A stretch of DNA of 64,000 nt, from positions 48,556-112,555 of the forward strand of contig JAGCNV010000077.1 of assembly GCA_017645765.1 (NCBI GenBank). Reading direction: 5' to 3'. Below are positions 1 to 10,112 of the stretch, piece by piece. The position numbers and the translations under genes were made by a program. Below the pieces are notes generated by a model. It was not told the DNA's origin and did no database searches. It saw only the letters and a list, made by a program, of their open reading frames with translations. Within the stretch, counting starts at the first letter, position 1. Every line of letters begins with the position of its first letter. This DNA comes from a bacterium. Lineage in GTDB: Bacteria > UBP6 > UBA1177.

Positions 1-1
1 C

Positions 2-586
2 GGGCTTGAAGCGGAAAAAAATTACGAGGTAAACGCCGAAGTCTGGACTAAAACTGGCAAAGTGAGCCGGACTTTCTCAGTTGAAACTGATGAAGCAACG
101 CCTCACATAATGATTTCGGAAGTTATGCACACGCCGTCGCTGGAGCCGCAGAAAAGCTGGGAATTTGTAGAAATTTACAATTACAGTGCGATGGATTTCG
201 ATCTTTCAAACTGTTTTATCGACGACAAGAACGACGGAAAAGGTGTTGATCCTTTAAGTGCGAAAACGGAAGGGGTAAGTCTTGTTCTTCGGGCAGGAGA
301 AGTCGCAGTGATAACGGGAAACGAAGCGGCTTTCGGAGATGTTATGCCTGCTTCGGCAATGTGGCTGATCGTGGATGACACGACGATTGCCGATTCAGGT
401 CTTACCGGTACCGAGTCCGTCCAGATCCTGTGTGATATCGACGGTGCGAGAACTCTTGTTTCCGAGGCTGATCCAGGCAGTTTCAAAACCGACAAAGGTT
501 TTTCGTTTACTGCCGACGCACACGGAAAAAAATGCCAGTCTGAAGTTGAAAACGGAACGCCCGGAGTTTATGAAGAGTGCAGATGA
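2..586 (+). CDS. LTD (lamin-tail-domain)-like protein, 3' part of a gene that starts upstream of the window
   Basis: The frame is open from nt 2 to the TGA at 584-586; the ORF track begins at an internal GTG at 62. ISEVMHTP..WEFVEIYN..DLSNCFIDD fits the LTD pattern. Confidence 0.5.
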   Translation, partial: GLEAEKNYEVNAEVWTKTGKVSRTFSVETDEATPHIMISEVMHTPSLEPQKSWEFVEIYNYSAMDFDLSNCFIDDKNDGKGVDPLSAKTEGVSLVLRAGEVAVITGNEAAFGDVMPASAMWLIVDDTTIADSGLTGTESVQILCDIDGARTLVSEADPGSFKTDKGFSFTADAHGKKCQSEVENGTPGVYEECR

Positions 587-604
587 TTTTGAAAGAGATT
601 GATT

Positions 605-1009
605 TCAGTGGTTGTATTCGTAACCGGAAGTGATGTCGTCTTCTGTGTTTTCCAAAGTGTCGGGACCGCAGCTTTTTACGATGAATCCTTCCTTTGAAAG
701 TCCGGGAACCGGATCTATTTCACGGATTTCGTAGAATTTATCCCAATAGTCCTTTGCTGCGTCTCTTCCCGGAATATCGGCTTTCATGTTTGCCCTGATG
801 TATTTTGCCCAGTCTTCGTCGCTTTGGTCGGGAATTCTTCCGTCAACAATAGTGTTTCCGTAGATCTGATGGGCGATTGAATTGACTTCGTGCTGTGTCA
901 GTGTGATTTTTACGATGTTCATAAAGTATTGTATCTGTTCTCCGCCTATTCCGGTGAATTTCCCAAGTATGAATATTGTGGCGCAGATGCCTATCATTTT
1001 CGCGAACAT
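605..1009 (-). CDS. Small membrane-anchored hypothetical protein
   Basis: 134-aa ORF with an N-terminal hydrophobic helix (MIGICATIFILGKF). It overlaps the upstream cNMP-binding gene by 16 nt on the same strand. No family recognised with confidence. Confidence 0.5.
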   Translation of the reverse strand: MFAKMIGICATIFILGKFTGIGGEQIQYFMNIVKITLTQHEVNSIAHQIYGNTIVDGRIPDQSDEDWAKYIRANMKADIPGRDAAKDYWDKFYEIREIDPVPGLSKEGFIVKSCGPDTLENTEDDITSGYEYNH

Positions 1010-3099
1010 GATTTTATTACCTCCTCTCCAAGTTGTTCTGCTCTTTCGTTGATGAGCGAGTCAAGTTCCCTGCCGCCGGAAAGTGTGCTTCCGATAACAT
1101 TGCAGAAGCTCTCCTTGTCCAAAGTGAAGAGAACCGAATCGCTCACTGCTTCGGCTGTCGCGGTTCTCGGAATGTTTTTGACAAGTGCCATTTCGCCGAA
1201 GAAATTGCCCGGTTTCAGGATGATGTCAAGAGTTTTAAGCGAGTTGTCGAAGCGTTCAAGATGGATGTTTCCTTCTTGGATGAGATAGAATTTGTTTCCT
1301 TCGTCACCCTGTTTGAAAACGATCGTTCCGGCTTTGATTTTTTCCGGTTTAAGATTTTTTATAAGATACGAAATCTGTTTCTGGCTCATGAAAGAGAAGA
1401 CTGAAGATGCAAGCAGCATTTTTCCGAGGCGGATTTTAGCTGTGATTTTTTCTCTGTTTTCATTGTTCGATGCCAGGAATTTTTCAAAGCCTTCGCGACT
1501 TATTTCAAAAACAGCTGTCTGCGAGAGCGTTATGATGCTTGCCGTGCGCGGACCTTTTTCGATAAGTGCGGTTTCTCCGAAAGAATCACCTGTTGAAAGC
1601 GTTCCCAGAATCTTTTCTGATCCGTTGTTTCCAGTAACGACGATTTTTGCCTTACCTGAAACTATTGTGTAGAAGTTGTCGCCTGCATCTCCCTGACGGA
1701 CTATCGGTGAATTTTTCATAAAGCGGCGAAGTTTTATGTGTTTGCAGAGTTCCGTAAGATCTTCGTCTTTAAGTTCTGCAAAAAGAGGAATTTCTTTTAA
1801 AAATCCGATTATTTCTTCTGTCGCAGGCACTGCTTTTGCCGTGATCGTTCCTGCAAGATCGCGCATTTTTACAAGCGGAGTTGCAACGACCGAACCGATG
1901 TTTCCCAAAGCGATCGTGATAAATCCGATGAGTGCCGCGACTGCCGGAGTTATCATTAGGAGAAGCGTCAGAGCGATAAATATTTCGGAAGCGATGTCTC
2001 CAGTGGTGTAGGAAGCGTAAAAATCGGAAAAAAGATAGCTCATTGTCGATTTGGCGACACTCCAGAAGTAGCTGTAGACGAAGTAAATCCAAACCAGTCC
2101 GAAGCTTGACAGTATCATCATCCGTTCTTTTTCCGGCGACACTTTGTTTAGGGCGAAAACATCTTTGATAAAGCGTTTTCTCGCATAGTTAAAGGATTTT
2201 CCGCTTCCCGGCATGAAAAAATCCACAATCATCGAAAGCGGAGAAGTGCTTATCGGCGAGAGTGTGATAAGCCCGCATGCGGTTGAGATCACGTTCATTA
2301 CCGCCATCACAGGACGTGCGATACCTGCCTGCCACAAAAGAGCGGTCAAACCCGATACGGCAAACGGAGTAAGTAGAATCATTGCATAATGTTTGAGTGC
2401 ATCGGTGCGTCCTTTGCCTATTATCTGCGCGGAAGAGGCTTCAATATAGAAAAATCCGCATTTGTTTTTGAGTGTGAGGTGCGGCGTGATACCATGTGCT
2501 GCAAGATCTGCTGCGGAAAACAATGCCGGCAGAGAGAGGATCACGAACAGAAAGATGAGTATGAAAAAAAGCGCAAGAAGGTAGGCCATACCGAGTCCTG
2601 TCGTTCCCTGCGTGATCGAAGTGAGAATGTTTATACCTTTTAACGAAGGTGCAAGAAAGGAGACTAGCGAAAGGATTAACATGATTGCAAGAACAGGGAG
2701 AGATGCAAGGATTTTTCCGGCCAATGCAAGAATTGATGATGGTTTGAGCTTTTTTTGAGCAAGCGTTTTTTCGTAAAAAGCCTTTTTGTGTGCCGATTTT
2801 TTGAGTCCTGCAGCACATTCGGGATCAAGCAGGTCATTATCGTTCAGCTTTTCGATCAGAGTTATCAGTTTGTCGAAAACCGACGTGTCACCCTTGTCCA
2901 ATCTTGATGCCGTAATGTCCGCCAAAGTGTTTTTACCGTCAAATTCAGAGAGGAGTCTCTGTTCGAGAAAATCGAGTTTCACAAAATTTCCGTCGGCTTC
3001 GGCAAAAAAGACCGAGTCTGAAAATCTTGTGATAGAGAGGTTCTTCACCGGTTCCAGCACTGTGAGTTCGGCATCGTTTCCTACAAAAGAATTTTTCAT
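994..3099 (-). CDS. Polytopic membrane protein with two C-terminal cyclic-nucleotide-binding domains
   Basis: 701 aa. A central hydrophobic multi-helix region is followed by two CAP-effector-type cNMP-binding domains (..FGETALIEKGPRTASI.. and ..FGEMALVKNIPRTATA..). Confidence 0.8.
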   Translation of the reverse strand: MKNSFVGNDAELTVLEPVKNLSITRFSDSVFFAEADGNFVKLDFLEQRLLSEFDGKNTLADITASRLDKGDTSVFDKLITLIEKLNDNDLLDPECAAGLKKSAHKKAFYEKTLAQKKLKPSSILALAGKILASLPVLAIMLILSLVSFLAPSLKGINILTSITQGTTGLGMAYLLALFFILIFLFVILSLPALFSAADLAAHGITPHLTLKNKCGFFYIEASSAQIIGKGRTDALKHYAMILLTPFAVSGLTALLWQAGIARPVMAVMNVISTACGLITLSPISTSPLSMIVDFFMPGSGKSFNYARKRFIKDVFALNKVSPEKERMMILSSFGLVWIYFVYSYFWSVAKSTMSYLFSDFYASYTTGDIASEIFIALTLLLMITPAVAALIGFITIALGNIGSVVATPLVKMRDLAGTITAKAVPATEEIIGFLKEIPLFAELKDEDLTELCKHIKLRRFMKNSPIVRQGDAGDNFYTIVSGKAKIVVTGNNGSEKILGTLSTGDSFGETALIEKGPRTASIITLSQTAVFEISREGFEKFLASNNENREKITAKIRLGKMLLASSVFSFMSQKQISYLIKNLKPEKIKAGTIVFKQGDEGNKFYLIQEGNIHLERFDNSLKTLDIILKPGNFFGEMALVKNIPRTATAEAVSDSVLFTLDKESFCNVIGSTLSGGRELDSLINERAEQLGEEVIKSCSRK

Positions 3100-3428
3100 T
3101 GCAAACTCCTATTCAAAACAGAATACTTTAAATGATATTAAAATAACCGTAGATATGCTATTTTTTTTGTAAAATAATAAAAAAAAATCATTTTTTTAGT
3201 TGAAATTTAATTTTTATCAGCTATGATTAAACGTTCTATCACGTGGGGGGACCTCAATCGGATTTCCGATTTTGACCGTTTTTAGGTGCATTTCGGTTTT
3301 TTCCCCGACAGCGTTTTTTTAACGCTTCTTAGGTTCTTTTTTCAATATAAATATCTGAATTATATTTTTGAAATGCGTTCCCCTAATCCTTTTTTTGTGG
3401 TTGGTGAAATTATATTTTTTGACTGATT

Positions 3429-4343
3429 TTATCCGAGTTCTATCATCTTGTCGATGCAGCGGCGTGCATTGACGATTGTTTCGCTGTCAAGTTTTATCTC
3501 TTCGCCGCCTTCACCGCATACTGTGTGGTAAAGATCGACAAGCGTCGTGGCTTTCATGTTCTGGCAGATAAGATTCTGCGCAAGCGGATAAAAGCGTTTT
3601 TCGGGGCAGTCGTAGGAGAGATGCTCTACGATACTGATTTCTGTTCCGATTATGAATTCCTTGTGCTCCGATTTTTTCGCAAAATCCATGATTCCCGAGG
3701 TCGAACCGATGTAATCGGCAAGTTCGGTGACTTCTGGTTTGCATTCCGGATGGACGAGAACAAGCGCGTCCGGATGAGCCGCTTTCGCTTTGTGGACGTT
3801 TTCAGCCGATATTTTCGCGTGGGTCGGGCAGCCGCCGTTAAGAAGCTTGAAATTCTTTTCGGGAAGCTGTTTCGCAACGAATGCACCCAGGTTGCAGTCC
3901 GGAATGAAGAGAATGTTTTTGTTATCCAGTTTTTTCACGATCTTCACGGCTGATGAAGAAGTTACGCAGACGTCGCATATCGTTTTGAGCGAAGTCGTAG
4001 TGTTGATATAGGCGACGACGGTGTAGTCGGGATAAGCTTTTTTCACTTCGGAAATTATCTCTTTATCCATCTGTTCCGCCATCGGGCATCCCGCCGTCGG
4101 ATTTGCGAGATAAACTGTTTTTTCGGGAGAGAGCAGTTTCACGGTTTCAGCCATGAAGCGTACTCCGCACATTATTACGGTTTTCTGCGGCGCATCCTTG
4201 GCTTTCACGCTAAGCTGGAAAGAATCTCCTGTAAAATCTGCAACTTCGGTGATTTCTCTCGCCTGATAGCTGTGTGCTAAAACGCAGATGTCTTTCTCTT
4301 TTTTAAGGCGCAGGATCTCCTGCTGTACTTGACTGATATTCAT
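3429..4343 (-). CDS. nadA: Quinolinate synthase NadA
   Basis: I moved the start to the internal ATG (MNISQVQQEIL..) preceded by AAGGAG; the longer ORF-track start overlaps hydE. ..CVLAHSYQAREITEVADFTGDSFQLS.. and the overall ~304-aa length match NadA. Confidence 0.9.
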   Translation of the reverse strand: MNISQVQQEILRLKKEKDICVLAHSYQAREITEVADFTGDSFQLSVKAKDAPQKTVIMCGVRFMAETVKLLSPEKTVYLANPTAGCPMAEQMDKEIISEVKKAYPDYTVVAYINTTTSLKTICDVCVTSSSAVKIVKKLDNKNILFIPDCNLGAFVAKQLPEKNFKLLNGGCPTHAKISAENVHKAKAAHPDALVLVHPECKPEVTELADYIGSTSGIMDFAKKSEHKEFIIGTEISIVEHLSYDCPEKRFYPLAQNLICQNMKATTLVDLYHTVCGEGGEEIKLDSETIVNARRCIDKMIELG

Positions 4344-4345
4344 TT

Positions 4346-5410
4346 TTAACTCCTTTTTACGTTTCCAACATCGGTGACTATATGATAACCGGCGTTCGTG
4401 ACGCGCATTTCCAGGCAGCCGCGGCACTGCGCCGATTCTTCGCCCGTGCATATTTTGTTTTCGTATAAATCGTAAAGTTTTCTCACCGAAACAGGTGAAA
4501 GATTGGGCATGACGACATTTGCTCCCGCTTTAAGCCCCATTTCGCGTCCCTGCGGATGGATAGTTCCAAGTGCCGTCGTCGCAGGAAGCAGAGCGTGCGG
4601 AAACATCAGACGCAGAATTGAAACCATTCTCAGAACGAGCGTAAGTTCCCCCTGCTTTTTGTCGGCAAACGGTGTCTTTTCATGCGGAATGAACGGTCCG
4701 ATTCCGATCATGTCCGGGTCAAGTTTCTGCAGAAAACGCAAGTCTGCGATAAGATTGGCTGTTGTCTGGAAAGGCGAGCCGACCATAAAGCCGGAACCTA
4801 CCTGATAACCGATTCCCTTGAGGTCAAAAAGGCATCTTTTGCGGTTTTCAAGCGAAAGTTCGGCCGGATGAAGCTGGCTGTAGTGTTCGTCCGTAGCAGT
4901 TTCGTGGCGCAGAAGATAGCGGTTTGCACCTGCGTCAAAGAGTTTCTGATAACTTTCGCGCGATTTTTCTCCGAGCGAAAGTGTTATCGCAACATCGGGA
5001 TAGGTTTTTCTGATGTCGGAAACGATTTCGCACATCCTTTCGTCGTTGAAATAGAGATCTTCGCCGCCTTGAAGGACGAAAGTGCGGAAACCGAGCCCGT
5101 AACCTTCGCGGCAGCACGCCATGATTTCCTCTTCGGTGAGTCTGTAGCGCACTGCATCGGTATTTCCGCGCCTTATTCCGCAGTAGTAGCAGTTGTTGCG
5201 GCAGTAGTTTGTCATTTCGATAAGTCCGCGCAGATAAACGGCGTCACCGTAAACTCTCCTGCGAACTTTGTCTGCCGCGGTTCCGAGAGGTTCAGTCGCC
5301 TCTTCGCTTTCAATCAGAAGAGAAAGCCCTTCCTCTGGAAGGTTTCTGTTTTCTGCAAGTTTTTCAATAAGTTCCGTTATTTCAGGCTTAACTGTCATCC
5401 GTTTCTCCAT
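4346..5410 (-). CDS. hydE: Radical SAM protein, [FeFe]-hydrogenase maturase HydE family
   Basis: CX3CX2C motif (NYCRNNCYYCGIRR). It is colinear over nearly the full length with HydE as I remember it (..LSLGE..YLLRHETA..GSGFMVG..IGIGPFIPH..PATTALGT..GANVVMPN..). Its stop lies 2 nt before the nadA start. Confidence 0.8.
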   Translation of the reverse strand: MEKRMTVKPEITELIEKLAENRNLPEEGLSLLIESEEATEPLGTAADKVRRRVYGDAVYLRGLIEMTNYCRNNCYYCGIRRGNTDAVRYRLTEEEIMACCREGYGLGFRTFVLQGGEDLYFNDERMCEIVSDIRKTYPDVAITLSLGEKSRESYQKLFDAGANRYLLRHETATDEHYSQLHPAELSLENRKRCLFDLKGIGYQVGSGFMVGSPFQTTANLIADLRFLQKLDPDMIGIGPFIPHEKTPFADKKQGELTLVLRMVSILRLMFPHALLPATTALGTIHPQGREMGLKAGANVVMPNLSPVSVRKLYDLYENKICTGEESAQCRGCLEMRVTNAGYHIVTDVGNVKRS

Positions 5411-5481
5411 GAGCCTAAATCCGCGTTTTTTATAGCACAGGCGAAAAAATCGTCAATTATAAATTCTTGCCTTAAGTATCT

Positions 5482-6876
5482 ATGTTTGCTAAAAAACGAC
5501 GTTTTGTCAGACTGCTGCTGGAAGAGATGGAATCAGGTTTTTACAGACGCGTTTTCGGAATCGCTATTCCGATCGCAATCCACAATTTAATGATTTCCGC
5601 GATAAATATGGCGGATGTCTTCATGGTGGGGCAGTTGGGAGAAGAGGCGATCGCGGCTTTGGGAATAAGCAACCAGCTGATGTTTCTCCTCATTCTTTTC
5701 CTTTTCGGGATGGGAAGCGGAGGCCAGATCTTCGTTTCGCAGTTCTACGGCAAGGGCGATCTTCTCAATCTGCGGCGCGTAATGGGAGTGATCCTGACTC
5801 TCGGGATTTTCGTTTCGCTTGCGGCATTTGTCGGAGCGCGCTTTTTACCCGAATTTATTGTCGGGCTCTTTTCTAAAGACGAAAAAGTCGTAACTCTTGC
5901 CTGCGAATACCTGACAATCGTCTCTTGGAGCTACATTTTTACGGCTGTTTCCTTCATTTATCAGGTCGTTCTGCGGAGTACCGACAGCCCGCGTCTTCCC
6001 GTCTATTCGTGCGCCATGGCGCTTGTCATCAACATATTTTTTAACTGGGTCCTCATTTTCGGGCACCTCGGTTTCCCGGCGATGGGGATCCAGGGTGCTG
6101 CACTTGCGACACTTATTGCAAGAGTAGCCGAAACCGCCTTCACGCTTGCTTACGCCTACGTCAGGAAACTTGCGGCTGCGGCAAAATTCGATGAACTTGT
6201 GAGTGCGAAAAAAGATTTGTTAAAACAGCTTTTTGTTACAGCTTCTCCGGTTTTCTTTAATGAAATCACATGGGCTCTGGGCATTCTTGCGCTCAACTGG
6301 GTTTATGCAAAACTGGGAACCGAATCGATTGCCGCGATCAATATTTCCGACAGCGTGACAAAACTTTTCTTCGCCGCTTTCATCGGAATCGGCAATTCAG
6401 GCGCGGTCGTTCTGGGGCATGACATCGGAGCCGGGATCGAAAGCGAAAAAGTGTGGAAAACTTCAAAAAGACTTGTGAAACTTGCAATCTCGACCGGTGT
6501 TTTTCTCTCGTTCCTTGTCTTTCTTTTCACCGACCCGATACTTTCAGTCTACAATATTTCGGAAAGCGTCCGCGATCTGGCTTACAAAAGCACCCTCGTC
6601 TGGATACTTTTCCTTCCGGTAGTCGCATTCAATAATCTCAATATTGTCGGCATCTTACGCAGCGGCGGCGACACAAAGGCGGCCTTTCTCATCGATGTCG
6701 GTGCGCTCTGGCTCGTCTCGGTTCCCGTTTCTTTCGTCGGAGCTGCTCTGTTCCAGCTTCCGCTTTACTGGGTCCTCCTCCTCGGAAAAATCGAGGAAGC
6801 CATAAAATTCGGCTGGGGCTTCAAACGCTACATCTCGAAAAAATGGATCAAAAATCTGGTTAAGGAACTGAACTGA
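5482..6876 (+). CDS. MATE family efflux transporter
   Basis: 464 aa with about 12 hydrophobic helices. MatE-type N-terminus (..AIPIAIHNLMISAINMADVFMVGQLGEEAIAALG..). Confidence 0.85.
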   Translation: MFAKKRRFVRLLLEEMESGFYRRVFGIAIPIAIHNLMISAINMADVFMVGQLGEEAIAALGISNQLMFLLILFLFGMGSGGQIFVSQFYGKGDLLNLRRVMGVILTLGIFVSLAAFVGARFLPEFIVGLFSKDEKVVTLACEYLTIVSWSYIFTAVSFIYQVVLRSTDSPRLPVYSCAMALVINIFFNWVLIFGHLGFPAMGIQGAALATLIARVAETAFTLAYAYVRKLAAAAKFDELVSAKKDLLKQLFVTASPVFFNEITWALGILALNWVYAKLGTESIAAINISDSVTKLFFAAFIGIGNSGAVVLGHDIGAGIESEKVWKTSKRLVKLAISTGVFLSFLVFLFTDPILSVYNISESVRDLAYKSTLVWILFLPVVAFNNLNIVGILRSGGDTKAAFLIDVGALWLVSVPVSFVGAALFQLPLYWVLLLGKIEEAIKFGWGFKRYISKKWIKNLVKELN

Positions 6877-6954
6877 GATGGCAGCCATCTGAATTTAGCA
6901 CTTGACAATGCTTCTGTTTTGCGTTAGTTCAAGCAAGAAACGGAGGTGCGGACA

Positions 6955-7272
6955 ATGTCAGAATCACGGATTACCATTGATAACAAGCTGGCAAATATCC
7001 ATCCTGGCGAAGTGTTGAAAGATGAATTTCTTGTTCCGATGAACATTTCGGCATACCGTCTGGCAAAGGAAATCAACATCCCGCAGACCCGTATTTCTGA
7101 AATAATCCATGGAAAACGCTCGATTACCGCGGACACAGCCATCCGTTTCTCAAAATTTTTCGGAACAACAGCTGAATTCTGGCTGAATCTTCAGAATCTC
7201 TACGATCTTGAAGAAGAAGAAAAGAACCACGCTTCCGAATTCGAATCCATAAAAATGTACGCTTATGCATAA
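6955..7272 (+). CDS. higA: HigA-family HTH antitoxin (XRE type), apparently solitary
   Basis: IHPGEVLKDEFL..ISAYRLAKEINIPQTRISEIIHGKRSITADTAIRFSKFFGTTAEFWLNLQ is the HigA/VapI pattern. GGAGG sits 8 nt before the ATG at 6955. No HigB-like ORF lies on either side. Confidence 0.8.
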   Translation: MSESRITIDNKLANIHPGEVLKDEFLVPMNISAYRLAKEINIPQTRISEIIHGKRSITADTAIRFSKFFGTTAEFWLNLQNLYDLEEEEKNHASEFESIKMYAYA

Positions 7273-7402
7273 TATTCCCTAACACAAAAATCCTTCCGAA
7301 AAGTGATTTTTTCCTTGCCTTGAAAAAATTTTTCTCTATATACTGAATCCCGTTTTTGAGTGTTTTTTGAGTTGCAACGTTTCGGTCAAAAATGGGGGAA
7401 AA

Positions 7403-8920
7403 ATGGTCTTTAAAATCGGTTTCGACAACGAAAAGTATCTGGAAGAACAATCCAAAGCGATCCTTGAACGTGTAAAAATGTTCAACAACAAGCTCTATCT
7501 CGAGTTCGGCGGCAAAATTATGTACGATTACCATGCAGCGCGTGTTCTGCCGGGCTTCGACCCGAATGTAAAGATGCGCCTCCTGCAGATGATCAAGGAT
7601 GATGCCGAGGTCATCATGTGCATTTATGCCGGCGATATCGAGAAAAGAAAGATCCGCGCAGATTTCGGCGTTTCCTACGATGCCGACACGATGCGGACGA
7701 TCGATGATTTCACCGACCGCGGCGTTACGGTGAGAGCTGTTGTCATAACCCGTTTCAACGGCCAGCCGGCTGCCGAAGCCTTCAAAAACAAGCTCGAAAG
7801 GCGCGGCGTAAAAGTCTATACCCACAGCTTCACAAAAGGTTATCCGACCGATGTCGATACGATCGTAAGTCCTGAAGGTTACGGCAAAAACGCTTTCATC
7901 GAAACCGAAAAACCGATAGTCGTAGTCACTGGCCCCGGCCCGGGAAGCGGCAAATTCGCGACATGCCTGAGCCAGCTTTACCATGAAAACCAGCGCGGCG
8001 TGAACGCGGGTTATGCGAAATTCGAGACTTTCCCCATCTGGAATCTTCCGCTCAAACATCTTGTAAATGTGGCTTACGAATCGGCGACATGCGACCTCAA
8101 GGACGTCAACATGATGGACAACTTCCACTTCGAGGCTTACGGCGAAGTTGCTGTCAACTACAACCGTGACCTTGAGGCGTTCCCGCTTATCAAAAGGATA
8201 ATCGAGAAAATCACCGGGCAGCCTTCGGTCTACAAATCTCCGACCGACATGGGGGTCAACCGCGCCGGTTTCGGGATCATCGACGACGAGGCGGTCCAGG
8301 AGGCTTCAAAGCAGGAGATCATCCGCAGATATTACCGCTACGCATGTGAATACGCGATGGGGCTGGTCAATGAGGAGACGGCTCAACGTGCTGAAATGAT
8401 TATGAAAAATATCGGTGCAAAGCCGTCGGACAGAGAGGTCTCCGAGTATGCGAAAAAGGCGGCTTTCGATGCGAAAGTCAAAGGCAAAGGAAGTGACGGA
8501 ACCTATTCCGGCGCGGCGATCGAGCTTAAAAACGGCGAATTTGTGACGGGAAGCAACTCTCCTTTCATGCACGCGGCTTCGGCAATGGTTATAAACGCGG
8601 TTAAAAAACTTGCGGGAATTCCCAAGGAAATTCCGCTTATTCCGAATCACATCACAGAAATGGTCGCACACTTGAAGCAGAATATTTTTATGCGCGGAAA
8701 TGTCAGTCTCGATGTCGAGGAAACTTTGATTGCCCTTGCGATAAGCGCGGCTTACAATCCCTCTGCGGCATTCGCGATGGAAAAACTGAAAGATTTGCGC
8801 GGCTGCGAAGTCCATCTCACCCACATTCCGACTCCGGGCGACGAAATGGGGCTCAGAAAGCTGGGACTCAATGTCACGAGCGAGCCCGAATTTGCGACAA
8901 CCCATCTTGTAAATGCGTGA
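7403..8920 (+). CDS. DUF1846 (UPF0371) family protein
   Basis: About 505 aa from the ATG at 7403 ([24 protein letters not shown]..), the typical N-terminus and length of the UPF0371 family. The ORF-track TTG start at 7367 is less likely. Confidence 0.75.
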   Translation: MVFKIGFDNEKYLEEQSKAILERVKMFNNKLYLEFGGKIMYDYHAARVLPGFDPNVKMRLLQMIKDDAEVIMCIYAGDIEKRKIRADFGVSYDADTMRTIDDFTDRGVTVRAVVITRFNGQPAAEAFKNKLERRGVKVYTHSFTKGYPTDVDTIVSPEGYGKNAFIETEKPIVVVTGPGPGSGKFATCLSQLYHENQRGVNAGYAKFETFPIWNLPLKHLVNVAYESATCDLKDVNMMDNFHFEAYGEVAVNYNRDLEAFPLIKRIIEKITGQPSVYKSPTDMGVNRAGFGIIDDEAVQEASKQEIIRRYYRYACEYAMGLVNEETAQRAEMIMKNIGAKPSDREVSEYAKKAAFDAKVKGKGSDGTYSGAAIELKNGEFVTGSNSPFMHAASAMVINAVKKLAGIPKEIPLIPNHITEMVAHLKQNIFMRGNVSLDVEETLIALAISAAYNPSAAFAMEKLKDLRGCEVHLTHIPTPGDEMGLRKLGLNVTSEPEFATTHLVNA

Positions 8921-8927
8921 AAAAACT

Positions 8928-10034
8928 ATGGAAGTAAAATTTTTAGATCTCAAAAAGCAGTATTCTCTGTTCAAAAGCGAAATCGATTCAAAAGTGCAGG
9001 CTGTTTTTGCCGAAGCCGACTTCATAAAAGGGGCTGAAGTTAAAAAATTTGAGGCTGATTTTGCGGCTTATTGCGGTGCAGGTTACTGTATTTCCTGTGG
9101 AAACGGAACAGATGCGCTGAGTGCGCTCATTAAAGTCCACGATTTTCCTTTCGAAAGTGAAGTGATCCTTCCTGCAAACACTTTCGTTGCGACTGCCGAA
9201 GCGGTCATTTCAAACGGTCTGAAACCGGTTTTTGCAGACATAAAAGAAGATTTTACGATTTTACCTGAAAGTGTTGAATCTTTAATAAACACAAATACTT
9301 GTGCAATTATTGCAGTTCATCTTTACGGGCATCCTGCCGATATGGAACCTCTTAAAAAAATCGCAGACAAACATAATCTGAAGCTTTTCGAGGATGCGGC
9401 TCAGGCTCATGGCGCGACTTACCGCGGAAAAAAGGTCGGAACTTTGGCTGACGGCGCAGGTTTCAGTTTTTATCCGGGAAAAGTTCTGGGCGCTGCGGGA
9501 GATGCCGGAGCAATAATTCTCAATGATGAAAAACTTGCAGAAAAAGCGCGCAAATTCTGTAACCACGGAAGATCACAAAAGTATTTTCACGAGTTTGCGG
9601 GTGTGAACTCAAGAATGGATACTCTTCAGGCGGCAGTTCTCAATATCAAGCTGAAACATCTTGACGAGTGGGTTGCGGCAAGAAATGCAGTCGCAAAAAT
9701 GTATCTTGAGCAGCTTTCCGGTGTTTCGGAAATCGTTCTTCCCAAAATACATCCTGAAACCCTGGATGCATGGCACTTGTTTGTCATAAAAACCGGAAAA
9801 CGCGATAACCTGCGGGAATATTTGAAGAATTGCGGCATTGAAACAGGAATCCACTATCCGCTTTCTCTGCCTGAACAGCCTGTTTTTGCCGACCATTTGA
9901 GCTATTGCAGTGATTACCGGGCAGTCAAAGAGTCTCACTCACTTCTTTCTCTTCCGATAGGCGAACATTTAAGTGCTGAAGAAGTCTCTTTCGTTGCGGA
10001 AAAAATAAAGGAATTTTTTGTAAAAAATATCTGA
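8928..10034 (+). CDS. DegT/DnrJ/EryC1/StrS-family PLP-dependent sugar aminotransferase
   Basis: ..FIKGAEVKKFEADFAAYCG..CGNGTDAL.. and ..FSFYPGKVLGAAGDAG.. (PLP lysine motif). About 368 aa from MEVKFLDLKKQY. Confidence 0.85.
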   Translation: MEVKFLDLKKQYSLFKSEIDSKVQAVFAEADFIKGAEVKKFEADFAAYCGAGYCISCGNGTDALSALIKVHDFPFESEVILPANTFVATAEAVISNGLKPVFADIKEDFTILPESVESLINTNTCAIIAVHLYGHPADMEPLKKIADKHNLKLFEDAAQAHGATYRGKKVGTLADGAGFSFYPGKVLGAAGDAGAIILNDEKLAEKARKFCNHGRSQKYFHEFAGVNSRMDTLQAAVLNIKLKHLDEWVAARNAVAKMYLEQLSGVSEIVLPKIHPETLDAWHLFVIKTGKRDNLREYLKNCGIETGIHYPLSLPEQPVFADHLSYCSDYRAVKESHSLLSLPIGEHLSAEEVSFVAEKIKEFFVKNI

Positions 10035-10112
10035 AAAAAGGTACGGCTGTGTAGATTTGTACCTCGTTTATTCAATAAAATCGGGATGTTGATGCAACTT
10101 TGCTTTCAGGGC

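Noticed and set aside
3265-3280. Perfect palindrome AATCGGA-TT-TCCGATT in the nadA / cNMP-gene intergenic region
   Set aside because: It is an isolated 7-bp arm with no T-tract (so not a clear terminator), no second copy and no known operator match.
4682-5590. 302-aa plus-strand ORF
   Set aside because: It is antisense to hydE and runs into the MATE start. It has no recognisable motifs.
7124-8128. 334-aa ORF on the minus strand
   Set aside because: It lies entirely antisense to the well-supported DUF1846 gene and the higA 3' end. The protein is low-complexity, matches no family and has no RBS, so it is a shadow ORF.
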